IMG/VR virus record: IMGVR_UViG_3300027659_000017
Location: 33,956 to 97,955 of that record
Reading direction: 5' to 3' (one strand)
DNA from: a virus
Length of the DNA stretch: 64,000 nt
Shown: piece after piece, positions 31,101 to 44,600 of the stretch
How the letters are laid out: each line of letters begins with the position of its first letter
Position numbering within the stretch: position 1 is the stretch's first letter
Translations under genes and position numbers: made by a program
The notes under the pieces: model-generated
What the model saw: the letters and a program-made list of their open reading frames with translations, nothing else
Databases searched by the model: none
What the model was told of the DNA's origin: nothing

Positions 31101-34100
31101 GAAAATAACACTTTGTTAAATACATTAGCTGACCAAGGTATCTATGTTGACTTAGATGAATTTTCTAAGTGGATTCAGGACCCTAGAAATTTACCGGAGT
31201 CTTTTATTGATGTAAGAGATAACAAAATAATCAATAAAGGCAGTATCCTATATCAGGAGTATATTGGTACATTCATGAGAGCAGCACAACTTGCAGAAAA
31301 GAAACCTGCAGGTGACCCACTTTCACAAAAGCAAATGCTTGACAAAAGAGTTCAAGAGATGCAGGATGAGAGAGCTAAGTTGATTAGAGGGGAACGTGAT
31401 AAGTACAATGCTAAGTTCAAGGATAAGTATGGTCTAACAGAAGAAGAATACCTGGCACAAGAAGAACAACGAGTTGCTGAAAATGAACTTACTGAAGAAG
31501 ACAAGAAAAAACTAGAAGCTGAAAAGAAACTGATCATTTCTGCTATTGAGAAACTTGCATCAGAAAATTATGTAGATGTACTAGCTGCAGCAGAAATCTT
31601 TGCTGAGAAAATTCTAGCAGAACAAGGAGTTAATGTAGAAGAGTTCTGGGAGAATAAGGTTGCCGAACAACAACAAACTCCTGAGACAAAAAAAGCTATT
31701 TTTGATAAGTCTCAGACATATGATGTATCTGATATAGAAGATCAACAAGAGGCATTTAATACAAGTATAGAGACTGCACTTAAGTCAACTATATATGGTA
31801 AAGCTGCTGCAGATAGACTTCAGGATATTGAGAATGAGTTAAACAAAAAAGCTGCTGAGCCTACAATAGATGTTAAAAATACACCTGAGTACTTGGCATA
31901 CCAAGAAGCAGTTGATGAGATCAATGAGAAGTATGATAACATCATTGCTGATATAAAGGATGACTTCAAGAAAAAGGGTATTGATGAAAATACTCCGGAT
32001 AATTATACAACCAAAACTGCCTTTGATGATTTTGACGCTGAGTTCCAGCAAGAGATTACAGAGTTGTTTGATGAGTATCTAGTTGATGTCTTACAAGAAC
32101 CAATAGACTTGAAGAATACTAATCCGGATAACTATGAGAAGTTCAGAGATAACTGGTTAGAAAGACAAGGTCCACTGATTGAATCTTTCAATGAGAGAGC
32201 TAAAGAAAAGGCATATGCAAGAGCAAAGAAACTTGCTGAACCACCTGTTCTTAAATTCATTCCAGTAAAAATTAACTCTCAAACGACTACTTATACAATA
32301 TCTAGTCTTGTTAAAAGGTTTCAAAAGTTTTTGGCCGATGGTCAATACGAGAACCCTAAAAAGAAGAATGAGTTTATACAGTTAACTCCAGAAGATATTG
32401 CAAACATTAATGAAGATATAGCAGCTTTAAATGGGTATCTTAATGCAAGAGTAACTTCTGCTGAGCCTAGAAATATTGCTGAGGAAACATTTGAAATCAT
32501 TCAGGAGTATGTAATCAATAAGCAAAATGAACTTGTTGATGTGGTTGATGAAGATGGTAATGTGATTGGTAGAACCTTTAGAGATAGAGGACCTAATGAT
32601 CCTGTACCAGATCGTACTACTAAGGTAGCAGAGGAAGTTGAAAATGAGTTGAAACAAAAAGATTCATTTGAGTATAGTCCTATTAAACCTAAAGTTGATG
32701 CTGATGGGAATGTTGGACCTTCTCCTGTTGAGAGTATCTATAACCAATTCTTTAATGACACAGAGATTGTACCAGAAGATCGTATTAGACTCTTCATGGA
32801 AGCATTCAAGAGAGAAGCATTTAGAGGTTGGAAAGAATTTAGATTCCAAGAAAAACTTGATGCCGTTGAGAACTCACTAAAAACTGTGGGTACATATGAG
32901 CATCTAAGAGATACAATTAAGAAGCAAGCCTTCAAAGAATCTGCCGATGGTGGAGACTATGTGGATGGTTTGATTAGAATATTCCTGACTCCTAATGCTG
33001 CTACTGCATCTAAGTTTAGTGAGTTCAGTTATGATTCTACTGTTCAGCTTAAAGGCAAGGACATAAAGATATCAGATATCATGTCTAGAAAGGCATTTGA
33101 TAAACTGTTCGGACCAGTAAGTACTACAAGTCCTGGTGGTATTGTTACTAAGTTTAGACTTGGTGTCATAGATGGTACATATAGAATCCTTTCTGAGAAC
33201 GTAAAACTCTTTGACAAAAGACTAAGAGATGGTAGAGGTGTAACAGGGGAGGTGGATTTACTTCTTTTAAGAGAAGATGGTTCAGTTGCCATTGTAGATA
33301 TCAAGACCAAAACCATGAAGGAAAGAAAAGAGGGTCTGGTTAGTGGATGGAAAGACTTCGGTAATCCAAATGCTAAGTATGAAAGCTCTATCTACTTTAG
33401 GGGTCAACAGTCTATCTATGGATATCAGTTCTTCAATAGTACAGGAATCACACCTGAACTTAAATTGATGCCGTTTGATATGACACTCAGTAAAACTAAG
33501 GTTGGTTACATTGAGGATATTGAGTTGGCTGAGATTGTTGAGGATGGTAAAGACACAATTGACCTTGAATACTTGCCGGAGATTGAGAACTTTGGTATTG
33601 TCAAAATACAACCAGAGATTAAAGCTCCTACAAAAAAGACTTCTACAACTGAAGAAGAAGGTGGTGAAGAGGCAACTAAAGCTGGTATACCTGAATCAGA
33701 TCCTACTAAAAATACATTAGATGATAATGTAGGTAAGCCTGTTATGTATCATGGTCGTCCAGGAAGACTTGTATTGAATACAGATGGTAGTTTTGGAGTT
33801 GAGATAGTTGTTAATGATGACATGTCAACTATGCAACTTACATTAGATGCACTACAAGCAAACTTAATTCTTGAAAAAGAGTACAATAATGAGGAAAACA
33901 TAAAACAACTTGAACAAGATATTCGTAAGATGTCTGAAATGATCAAGTCAGCCGAAGGATTTAAAAGTGTTTTCCCTCTTCAAAAGGATGGTAGAAATGT
34001 GTACAATGGTACTTTGACTGTAAATGAACTGGGTCTGCAATTGATATTTGCAACACAAGGAGTGGGTCAAGTATCAACTGTCAATGGCAAAATCATAAAT

Positions 34101-35642
34101 GCATCTTTCTCAAATAAAGAAGAAACTATTGCTACTATAAATGGAGTAAGATATGATGTGCTCAGAAATGATGCGGGTAACATTACTGTTTTAAGTTACA
34201 TGACCAATGATGCTGAGATCAGTAAGATTGATAAGCAGATTGGAGACATGGCTCAGAAAATTGGGAACCTCCGCAAATCTTTATCTACAGAAACAGACTC
34301 TACTAAAAAAGATGCTATGATTAGTAGAATAGATAAACTACAAGAAAGCATCAAACTACTCAATGGTAAAAGAGGTTCTTTGGCAGAATCTAACAAGAAG
34401 ATGTTTGTTCATGGAGAGAATGCTAATGACTTAATCTTTGCATTGAATAGACTACCTAACAGTTTCCAGAGAGCTACTAAAAATGCTAACAAAGCAAATG
34501 AAACACAGGATCTAAAGTCAATAGAAAATCTATCTTTGTCAAGAACAATTGCTACTACTATTACTGAGATTCTAAGTGAGAATTATCCGGAAGTATTGGA
34601 TACTTTGATAGAACAAGGTGTTAGTGCAATTAAGAAGGCAGACCTTACCACAATTACCAAATGGGCAAATGAAACTATTGAAAAATTAGAGTCACTTGGT
34701 TATACAGTAATCAACCGTGGAGATATTGTAGATGATATTAATAATCAAATCAATGCACTGAATGCATTGTTGAATGACTTACAATCAATTAATCTTACCA
34801 AGAATGGAAGAATCAGCAAAAAACAAGAAGCAGCAGACCAACTCTTCGGGCCAGGACAGCAAGAAGTACCGAACAGGACTAGTGTACCTAAGAATGAAGG
34901 GACTACCAGAAAGCAGACAACGGGAGTTTCTAGACCAGCTACAAGAACGGAACTTGAAAACATTGTCAAACAAGCAAGAGAAGAAAATCTAGAATCACAA
35001 TTGACTGATGAAGCTAGTGTACCTACACCAGCATCTGATGCAGTAAGTGAAGCTATAGAAAAGATTTCTAATGCTACTTTAGATACTATTGAATTGATAT
35101 ATGAAGAAGAGTTTTTAAAGATACAAGCATTAGAAACTTCAAATGTTATGGATGCTATAGATCTTAATGCTACTTATACTGAAAGAATGAAAGAATTAAC
35201 TACAATTGTTTCTATTCCAAATGTAAATGTAGGTGAATATCTAATAAGCAAAAATCCTATCTTTACAAAAAATGTATCTGGTGAGATAGTTCAAGTTGTG
35301 GAAATTTGGTACGGTACTATTGTTACAGATGATACTGAAGTTGATGATCGTGCAACAGAAGAAATGCATGTCACATTGAAAAATATTAAGACTGAAGAAA
35401 CTAGAGCATTTACAGAAGCAGAACTTGTAGAAAATTTTGAAAAGACAACCATGGAAGCAACACAACCACAACCACCCGTTGACATTACTGAAGATGATGT
35501 ACAAGAATCTGAAGAATCAAAAGATGTAGTCAAAGATTTTCAAAAAGATGCTGATGCAATAGCAAATGCTAAAGCAAAAGCTGAATCAACAGAAACCAGT
35601 ACACTGTGGAATAATTTAGGAAATAACTCAATACTTTGTTAA
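28134..35642 (+). CDS. Giant virion cargo protein with embedded PD-(D/E)XK nuclease-like domain
   Basis: 2502 aa. Gly/Ala-rich hydrophobic N-terminal stretch and long acidic coiled coils. GEVDLLLLREDGSVAIVDIKT...QQSIY at ~33246-33420. Confidence 0.65.
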   Translation: MAEETLNNVENLENQPSGVSQLMAQSNFLNPASIEQPLAPQINWPDNFVNTTNYIKDNTSGVSPDYPPSQVRADRSNGVSQGGFGAMLDREMAQINNLSDVSRYAEPYAYDSSPKGTFRARYKAYGQDTFNKVGFHPLIDNETFFNQNTTFGDDLQRWATHSAWPMLSKGFMDPIRSYKSIMDGNGLFDADPESARDYEYYNAIGASSKGGLGGFTVNLLNSASYSMGILTEGAMEGALIGSLFSGGNAATGAIEGSTTFLNKLGALPKALIQTTKATGELLTSVKNYSNLSRAKELYAAAGRNFGNFINPLHNTTQAFHELKNTDNLTNLARSATTAGALWHDVMVMNMALSEGKLEGGFTRYQTYDRLYNQHLQDNNGKAPTLDQQESMMRQASKGAWWNTLNNTALIYYSNKLVFPSITNASFLKGMPKFGFGKVVTNVGKEYQILFQPGKNAIEGAFTKQRVSFVNAIKSLAKPATYGRVGLNYFKANLVEGTQEVLQDVLQEATQNYYVDTFKNPDARNFRYASGLLSESIGKQWSSQGLETFLSGFLMGSILQAPGAIKKYATVGYNDYLQKNPEYQTYLKDREQLADTVVEQMNTMYKNGQYFFDPRISNYANIGLLGRVIDDPDNHTTKDIKDTEFAAFQAAVLSSLQNGTFDMFLKHYEGYKQASPKDIEEAWGLQSGQGPKALERFDKSLESAKQMSTRWTVAKEKMKFMANLDDYKKDTEEYRMAEIYNKAYNQALYNYVFLHGSFDDNVHREKKLYENLSKLSAIKESNFSDIAALTDPNRLQREIEMMKTEVENLENFNTAESIAEASRKRELLELYSNFHEKQENLVDLFINKSILDNIKAEIIKENPDMTDAEASTSAIDKIIEDYDNGRSNEFLDYKESFATLLKGLATTSQQKLQLEREMQDMGGIDELFDNLLDTHVLRNETARVAEYVNLLSNPRDFYEHVMRNFKFMKDLYNNREEIVKEIVNQEISAIENNTLLNTLADQGIYVDLDEFSKWIQDPRNLPESFIDVRDNKIINKGSILYQEYIGTFMRAAQLAEKKPAGDPLSQKQMLDKRVQEMQDERAKLIRGERDKYNAKFKDKYGLTEEEYLAQEEQRVAENELTEEDKKKLEAEKKLIISAIEKLASENYVDVLAAAEIFAEKILAEQGVNVEEFWENKVAEQQQTPETKKAIFDKSQTYDVSDIEDQQEAFNTSIETALKSTIYGKAAADRLQDIENELNKKAAEPTIDVKNTPEYLAYQEAVDEINEKYDNIIADIKDDFKKKGIDENTPDNYTTKTAFDDFDAEFQQEITELFDEYLVDVLQEPIDLKNTNPDNYEKFRDNWLERQGPLIESFNERAKEKAYARAKKLAEPPVLKFIPVKINSQTTTYTISSLVKRFQKFLADGQYENPKKKNEFIQLTPEDIANINEDIAALNGYLNARVTSAEPRNIAEETFEIIQEYVINKQNELVDVVDEDGNVIGRTFRDRGPNDPVPDRTTKVAEEVENELKQKDSFEYSPIKPKVDADGNVGPSPVESIYNQFFNDTEIVPEDRIRLFMEAFKREAFRGWKEFRFQEKLDAVENSLKTVGTYEHLRDTIKKQAFKESADGGDYVDGLIRIFLTPNAATASKFSEFSYDSTVQLKGKDIKISDIMSRKAFDKLFGPVSTTSPGGIVTKFRLGVIDGTYRILSENVKLFDKRLRDGRGVTGEVDLLLLREDGSVAIVDIKTKTMKERKEGLVSGWKDFGNPNAKYESSIYFRGQQSIYGYQFFNSTGITPELKLMPFDMTLSKTKVGYIEDIELAEIVEDGKDTIDLEYLPEIENFGIVKIQPEIKAPTKKTSTTEEEGGEEATKAGIPESDPTKNTLDDNVGKPVMYHGRPGRLVLNTDGSFGVEIVVNDDMSTMQLTLDALQANLILEKEYNNEENIKQLEQDIRKMSEMIKSAEGFKSVFPLQKDGRNVYNGTLTVNELGLQLIFATQGVGQVSTVNGKIINASFSNKEETIATINGVRYDVLRNDAGNITVLSYMTNDAEISKIDKQIGDMAQKIGNLRKSLSTETDSTKKDAMISRIDKLQESIKLLNGKRGSLAESNKKMFVHGENANDLIFALNRLPNSFQRATKNANKANETQDLKSIENLSLSRTIATTITEILSENYPEVLDTLIEQGVSAIKKADLTTITKWANETIEKLESLGYTVINRGDIVDDINNQINALNALLNDLQSINLTKNGRISKKQEAADQLFGPGQQEVPNRTSVPKNEGTTRKQTTGVSRPATRTELENIVKQAREENLESQLTDEASVPTPASDAVSEAIEKISNATLDTIELIYEEEFLKIQALETSNVMDAIDLNATYTERMKELTTIVSIPNVNVGEYLISKNPIFTKNVSGEIVQVVEIWYGTIVTDDTEVDDRATEEMHVTLKNIKTEETRAFTEAELVENFEKTTMEATQPQPPVDITEDDVQESEESKDVVKDFQKDADAIANAKAKAESTETSTLWNNLGNNSILC

Positions 35643-35643
35643 A

Positions 35644-38600
35644 ATGGCATGTAAATTAAATAAATTCCAGGTAGAGGATTTATATACTGTACTTTATGCA
35701 GAAATATCTGATAGAATAAAAAACCCTGAATTACCTCCTATAGATATAAATGATTTAGTAAAAGAAGCATACAATGTTGTGAATACTAATACAGGTGATC
35801 CTGTTAAAGCTATGTACTTTGCACAAGCTATTCCTGATGTATTCCAGTTAGTTGTACAAGATGAGAAAGCTAATGATTACTTGGTAGAAAATGACTTTGA
35901 TTTTAATGGTCTTGCAAAAATGAGAAAAGCTTTTGCTGATCTTATTGAAGTTGGTAAAGCTGTTGAGACTCCAAAAAAAAGTAAACAGGAAATTGATTCT
36001 GAAATCAAGAATGTAAACAGAGCAAAAAAAGATTTTGCTCCACAAATCAATGAGGAAAGTTTCTGGTCTCACAATGAAGATAATGGTGCTAAGGTAGCTT
36101 ATCCTCTTGTGACTTCATTACAGTGGGCATATGCAATGAACCCTGAAAGTCTTACGGAAGAAGAAAGAAATAAATTGGATCCGGAGAAGAAGTTGTTTTT
36201 TGAAGTCATTAAAGCCATAGTAGAGTTATCTAAAAGAAGAGTTGGTGCAGAACCACTTAAATATGGAGACGAAGTTATTGCATTGACTGCCCAGTTAACG
36301 AGAAACATCCCAAGAGAACTTCTAACAAGAGATAGTAGAGAGCACCTAGATAAATATCCAGATGACAATGGTATTGCTGTTGTGATTTCTGATACAAAAG
36401 GAAACCCTTTATACTTCAAACCAGATGGTACTCTTACTGATAATCCAGAAGAAGGTCGTATAGTATACCAATATCTAAGAAAAGTTAATTTAGTAGATGG
36501 AAAACTTTTACTTTCTAATAGAAGTAACCGTCACTATAATCTTGTAGAACCAGAAGCTATTGCCACAAGACAGAAAAATCTTATTGAGCAAGAAAGTAAT
36601 GGTAAGGTCAAGATGACCAATCAAGAATACAAAGAACTTGTTGCATCTATCAGGGAACGTCAGGAGAGAGAAATGAATCAGTTATATCAATTGAGAAAGT
36701 TGATTGAAGAAAATGATTCTAATTTACAAGTAATTCTTCCTATTCTAGGTGGGAGCTTTGGTATCCCTGTTGAAGCAGTTAAGACAATGACTATTGAGCA
36801 AGCTGGACTTACTGAAAAAGAAGTAACAGGTTATACTGCTATTACAACAGGTAAAGATAAAGGTAAGCAGTATCTAATAGTTAGCAGAACAAAAGCCGGT
36901 GGACTTGTAGTAGATCAAGAGATCTTTTTACAAAGATCTGATATGTATAAAGAACTGGCAGAACAAATTGCAACTGTCTTAACTACTAAAGCTAAATTAA
37001 AAGGTAGAGAGTTAACACCAGACGAGAGAAAGACTTACTTTGAAATCTTCATCAATAATACATTGATGAAAGATCCTGCTTCTGGGTATAAGAAAAATCT
37101 TCCGTATAACAGAGATAGAATTAGAACTGTTGTCCGTATAGTAAATAATAAGAAGACTCTATTTGTAGAATTGAATGGTAAGGAAATCCCACAGGATGTA
37201 TTATCTACTGAAGAAGGAAGAGATTTAATCATCAATCATTTGATGAGTGCTAGACCAAAGGATAAAGTAAAGAATGCTTTTTGGCCAGCAAACATTCATT
37301 ATAACAATAGTCTTAATGGAAAAGTATTTACAGAATATGAAATTGTTGGGGATAAGATTGTAGAATCAACAAGAAAGTATTTTGATTTTATCAAACCTCT
37401 AATGAAAGTAGAGTACCCTGATGAGACTAATGCTTATGAGAATGGTATAAACTCATATCTAGCATATGCAATTCCAGAAGGAACTGTTGAATCTAAGGGT
37501 ATTATTCCTATTGGAAGACCAAAACCAGCATCTTCACCTACCTATAGTAGAGTAAAACAAGATAAGGAAACAACAACACCGGCTCCAAAAAGACAATCTA
37601 GACCAGCCCCGGCAACTACTGCCACTGCTAAGACCACAGAAGATAGTCCTTATACTACTTCTATGAAACAACAGATTGAAGCAGCCGGTGGGAAAAGTGA
37701 AAACTATAAAGCTGGAATGAAAGTAAAAGATCTAGCTGAAAAGGTAGAACTTACAGAAGAACAAATAGTTGAATTTAGAAAGAATGCATTGGATTCAGTT
37801 CCTGCTCCTACTCCTGCTGCAAAAAAACCGGCAACTCCAGCTACAGAAGAAGAAGTCAAAGAAACAAATGTTCAAGTCAATCCTGCTACAAGAATAAACC
37901 TGATTGATGACATCATCAACGGTTCATCTAATTCAGCATTCTATAAGAAGAAAGGACTAGATAGATCTAAACTTAGAAGTAAGTACTTAGATAAAGTCTT
38001 TACATCAAAAGCAGATAGACAATCTGCTGAAACTTGGTGGGATAAATCTCCACTTAATATAAAAAATGGTGGTTTTATAACTCTTGAAAGAATTACTGAA
38101 ATAGTAAACTCTGATGCATTTGCAACATGGTCCGGATATGGTATCACTTTGTATGAAGCTGATGGTGGTACTATGGTTGATGTGTATCATGAAGCATGGC
38201 ACGGTTTCTCTCAATTACTTTTGACTAAGGATGAGAAAATTAAACTTTACCAAGAGATACAAGGGCTAGCTAAATATAAAGGAAAAAGTTTCTTTGATAT
38301 AGAGGAAGACCTGGCTGAAGAATTTAGAGCTTATGCTAAGTCTAAAGGTAAAAAAGAAACTAAAGGATTCCTTGGTAAAATCTTTAACAAGATTTACCAG
38401 TTCATCAAAAAGATGTTCGGTAGAACTACTAAGAAACAGGTTGCTACAAATCTTCAAGACATTGATACTGTTAAAGAATTATTTGACAAGTTGTACAGAG
38501 CCTCTGAAAATCCAGAGATTCTGTCTACTCTAAAACCTTCTATGGATAATGTTATGTTTGGGAAACTAAACAGAAGCAAGACTATCAATGATGACTTTAC

Positions 38601-41600
38601 ATTAGAAGAGTCTAAGAAGATTGCTGATGCAATGGACAGTATGATGGCTGTTATTTTCCAAGCACACAACAGAGACTTCAATACAACAGCAGCAGCATTA
38701 AAGCTTCTTAAAGATCCGGAGAATAAGAAAGACTTATATAGAGATATCTATGACAGGTTTGAAAGATTGAGAGTAGCATATGCTCAGCAGTTAGAAGACA
38801 ACATTGATTTAGTTTTGGATCCGGAGTTTTCATACAACTTTGAGTTGTTAGAAAAAATCACATCTAACTTTGGTAATCTTACAGGAACTTTAGATGGTAA
38901 TGATAAGAACAATGTCATTGCATATCACGTTGAGAAATCTAGATTCCGTGTTCTAAGAGATCAGTATGTTGAGATAGAAGATCCAAGTAACATTGAGAAG
39001 ACCAATCTTTTTAAACTAAATGACGGAGGCAACTCAATTTCTGCTAAAGAACTTGCAAGTGAAGATACTATGATGCTATTAGCAAGTATCTTTAAAGTAA
39101 CAAGAGAAGATGGACAAATTGTAAATAATAGAGAAGGTCTATTCGGTCTTCCTGAACTACAAGATATCAATGTCACATGGAATAGACTAGCTAAAATATT
39201 AGAAGGGTCTTTTGATGAGATTGATATGTATGTAAGGATTCATGAAAATTCTGAAAATTATCCAGAACTTAAACAGTTAGAAACATTACTTCCAAACCCA
39301 TTCTTCACTATTGAAAGTGCAATGGGTATGTATAACCCATTGGAGTTTGATGCAGAAACTAACTTCTGGCAAGATTTCAAAAAACCAAGAGTACCTTTTA
39401 TACAGCTCAACTTAAATAAAGAGACAACAAGAGAAGAGGGTAAAACAAACGTTAACTTTGAAGCTAGAGTAGCTAAAGCAAACTTTGATGTTTATCAGGT
39501 AATTCAGGATTGGAAGTCTAATCTAATTACAGCTGACACAAGTATCAATCCGTATATCATAAAGATAACTGATACTGGTGTAAACATACTAGATACAGAA
39601 AAGATTGTAAAAGACTTTGGTGTTAATGGTAAGTTTAATTACAGATTGGCCAATGAATTTTTACAAGCAATTGGTATTGTATTAGACCAATCTAGTAGTG
39701 CCATCAAACAGATTATCAATAACAGAGAAGGAGAACCCTTCCATAGTAAGTTTGGTGTTGATAGGATGTATGAAGTCATCAAGAAAGTAAACAGTAGTAA
39801 ATCCCCGGATGCATTTAAGTTTAAAAAGGATCCATTATTCTATCTAATCAATGGTCTACCAAAAGAACTAAGAGATAGTGAATCACAAAGTGAAGATATA
39901 CAAGGTAGAATTAGAGCTTTGGCAGGACTACAAAATGCATTCTCTGATAGCTATTCTAACTTTAGTGTTCAAACTCCAGAAGGAAACAAGGTATGGGAAC
40001 ACATGGTTGATAGTACTATTACAAGAATTGTAACAGCTATCAACTATGCAAACAACTGGCAGGAATTAACTACAGCAGCAGCAGATCCTAATGGTGTGTT
40101 TAAACATATGAGATGGTTGAATGAAAGTAATAATACTTTCAGCATGTTCTCTAAAATCTTGAACACTATATTTGATTTGGATCCTATGTCTGCCACATAT
40201 GGTGAGAAGATTTCAAAGAATAAAATCACATTACATAATGTAGGTGGTACACAGCTGGTAAGCAAGAAGAATGAAGGAGGTACTTCTACAGCATCAATGG
40301 ATGCTACTAGTAAATATCTGCAAGAAATACATACAATGTTGCTCAATGGTGTTGAGGAGTTTATGAGACATGCCTCCAAGAATACTGCAATGGGTCTTAC
40401 AATGGATGGCTCAATCAGAACTTACAATGGTAAGAAAGATGGTAAGCTCTATATAGACATGGAGTCTTTCCTTCCTTATTCTGATGGTGAAATCAAAGGT
40501 TATGATATTGTTGAAGGTTACCTAGCTGCAGAAGCAAATAGGATTGTTAGATTCCAACAGGACCTTGATAAGTTTAAGAACTTTGCTGGCTACAATAGAA
40601 AAGTCAAAAGAAAGGATGGTTCTAAAACTCAGGTAATGGCAGGTCAAGCATTCACTGCTTTTGATGACATGCTTACTCAGACCACTCAGAAACAGATCTA
40701 TGATATACTTGATAAGGTTTCAAAAGATAATCTGGCTGATTTTAATTTGATGGATGAACTGGATAATAATCCTAAGTTGAGAAATCTTATTAGAGCAGAC
40801 ATACAGAAATATTTTGAAATGGATGCTACAGAGAACTATAAAAGGTTACAGAAAGCTAAGTATGTAGATCAAGGTTTGGTTGAGAGAATGAGAGCCGGGA
40901 ATGAGGACTTGAGTCAAAAAGATATTGAAATGTCTTTGATGAAAGCCTATACATACAACTCTTTCATTCATAAAATGGAAACTGTTATTCTTGCCTATGG
41001 TGATTTGGTACAATATAACCATGCAAAAGAAGAGTTCCATAAAAGAAATGCAGGTTTGGCATCTGGTGGTAGAGGATTCCGTGCAGATAAAAGAGCACAA
41101 CTCTATATCAGTTCTCTTAAGAATTACTATGCAGAACAACAAGGTCATGAAGTAAGAAACTATGACGGTACCTTCCAAACAGCTATCATAAAAGAGATGC
41201 AGTTTAACTCTGTCATGTATGATGAGTATAGAGAAGAGCTTGAGGAAGCAGCATATATCAGGACTAAAAACAAAAAGCTTGCAAAAGAAATGGCTGACAA
41301 AGCTACTGGTGAGTACTTCTCAGCTGATAAAAAACAGATGAAGATTGCTGATGGTCAGGGTATGGTAAGTTTTGAAACTTATAGAATCTTGAAGAAACTT
41401 GAAGGTAACTGGAGTGACTACCAAGAACTTTTGTATAGAGATGTTTCTATGGGTAAGAGTATTGGTGTAAATGATATCATAGAGTTCTTCCCACCATATA
41501 AGTTGCAGCACTTTGGTAATATAGATTCTACAGGTCTCCCTGTAACTTCTTTCCATAAGTTCTCACTTGCTCCTATCATTCCTGGTGTAGCTAAAGAAGG

Positions 41601-44600
41601 TACTCCTTTGTATGATTTACATCAGAAAATGATGAAGGATCAGATAGACTATGTGGTATTTGAATCAGGTTCTAAGATTGGTCATATTGGTACCGGGGAT
41701 GTTGTAATGAATGAAGATGGTACGTTTAACAAGAACTCAACGTTTACTGTTAATAGAATCTATGCTGACTATCTGAAAAACCAAACTGAAATAAATCCAT
41801 CTTACAAAGGTAAATCAATCTTCTCAACTCAGTTGCGTAAGTTGATCCTAGAAGGATTGTATGTTAAAGGTAAAATCACATCTGTAGAGTATCAAGATAT
41901 CACAGACAAGAGAGTTAAACAATATGTTGATCGTGTAGAGGAATACACTAATCTATTGAAGCTAGAACTTCTAGAAGAAATGGGTTATGAAGAAACTTCT
42001 CCCGGGGAATATAAACCTAAAGATAAGTCTAGCATTTCCAAGCTAGTGAATATGATTAGACAGAACCTTGAAAGAGAAGATCTTTTAAGTGATGATCTTA
42101 TTGAATTCATTGATACATATGATGAAAGTGGGGACTTAGTTCACGACCTTTCTTTCCATCCTGAGGCTGCTAAGATAGAGAAGTTATTGCTTTCCATGAT
42201 TAACAAGAGAGTAATCAAACAGAAAGTTGCCGGTGAGCCACTGATTCAAGTATCAGTTGGTATGTATGCTAATCAATTTACTGAACCAGATTTAAGAAAA
42301 GCAACTAAAGCTGAACTTAAAAAGTGGGCATCTAAGACATACTTGTTACCTACCTACAACAGGAAAGTAACTGACTTGGATGAACTCTATAAAGGTGCTA
42401 CTAAAGAACAACTACAATCTACACTAGCAGACAAGAAAAGAATCCTTTCAGAACATGGGGCTTACTGGACTGATAGACATAAAAAAGCTAGCAGAGATGA
42501 GATAAGTTATCTAGAAGATGTAATTGCTGGTAAAAAACCAAAGGTGACCCAAATGTCCAATGGATTTACTGCAGCTGCAAAGGTTATGATTGCAATGCAG
42601 GGGACTTACTATAACCTATTTAATTTAGAATATGAGAATGACGAAACAGTAGGTGTGTATGATGACAATGGTGTCTTAAATATGGATGAATCTTTAGCTA
42701 GATTAAATGAGAAGCTTAAAGATGATACATGGTTAGATAAGAATAATGGAGCTAACAGAAAAGCAATTACACTTGTGGGTGTTAGGATCCCGGTTCAGGG
42801 ACTTAACTCTATGGAATTTGCAGAGGTGTTTGAATTCTTACCACCACAAGCAGGTAACATCATCATACAACCAGCAGAGATTGTAGCCAAGTCAGGGGGT
42901 GACTTTGATATTGATAAGTTGACTATTTTCATGAACACATTAGATGAAGATGGTAAAGTCATTAAGAGAAGTTACAAGGACAATGAAGAGATTAAAAACT
43001 TGAGAGGTACTGCTGATTTTGCCAGTGCCGTGAAGAATCAAAAAGCAGCATTAGAAAATGAACTTATTGATGACATCAAGAATATTCTTGAATTGCCTGA
43101 TAACTATGCATCTTTGGTAATGCCAAATGGTACGTTTATCTTAAAAGAAATTGCAGATAAACTAGCATCAAAGGTTATGGAATATAACCCTAAGAAAAAT
43201 AAGATGACTGATGACACAGGGGAAATCAGTCCTACAAGAGTATTAGAAGCATTGTATAACGTATACAAACATGAGTCTAACATTGTAGGTAAGAAAACCC
43301 TTGGTCTTGGTGCCATTGAAAATACCTTCAATGTTATCCTGAATACTCTAGGGGCATACATGCCGGCAGAGTATACCATCAGTAAGGTTAATAGAGTAAG
43401 TAACATGAGATTGAGACATAACAAGATGACCACAAAAGATGGTACTGAAGTTATTTCTATGTCAGATCTCTATGATGTTGATGGAGTAAACAGGGTGGCC
43501 GATGTTATCTCTCAGATGATGAACGGATGGGTAGACGTTGAAAAGGATGCATGGATCTTCTTTATCCAGGGTAACTATGAGGTTGCTCCAACATTATTAT
43601 ATCTTGTTAAAGCTGGTGTACCTGTAGAAGAAGCAATTCTATTTGTATCTAATCCACTCGTTAGAGAATATGTATATGAGCAACGTCTTGCTAAATCTAC
43701 ATATGCTGATGTCTTAAAGAAAAAACCTAAAACTCCGGGTCTTGCAAAGTATTCTGCAGCATCTGCTGTAATTAAGAAGTTCTTTAACAAAGAAGAGCTA
43801 GCAGCTAATTCTAAGAATGACCAGAGATACTTAAAGGGACAAGAGTTACTAGAAAAGTATTTTGCTGATAGTAAAAATAAGAACTTTACATCTGAAGAGA
43901 TGTGGAAACTTGTTAATGATTCTGCTCCAGATGCCAAGACTGTTAAAGTTCTGGCAGATGCAACGATCACAGAAATGAAAACATTTGAAGGTAGTGAGGC
44001 TGCAAAGAGTGATATAGCAAAAGCTATGTTCTTGCACTATCTTGAACTGGAACAACAGATTTCAGGATACACTGCATTAAAGATGTCGTCTAATCCAGAT
44101 ACAAGTACTAAGTCTACACTATCTGATGTAGAGCAGACAGAAGCAAACATTGGGGAATTATTCTTTGATTCAAGAGTTCCATTGGAGATTGTTGAAGCTA
44201 TGATGGATGATTCTATCTTGAAGTCATTCTTTAATGGGCCCCTTGCACTGGCAGTTAGTAGACCTTTATTTAAATTAAGATACCACAGAATCATTAGTGA
44301 TTACTTGATTTCTAAAAAGAATCGGATTAGAAATGATCTTGAATTAACTTTCCCAGGTAAGAACATTGAAATGTTTAGTAATGTATTCCGTAATGATATT
44401 GTAAGTTTCATGCTTCAGAATGCTCTAAGAAAGTTTACTACTGAAGAAGGATTTATGTCTCTAGGTGTAGAGAACAAAGTTCCTGTATCACTTGCTAAAG
44501 AACTCAAGAGAGGTGCATTTGTTAAGGACGGTGTCATGTACATTGACCAGAAGCAACTTCAAAAAGAGTTTGATCAGAGAGCATGGTCCTATGATACTGA

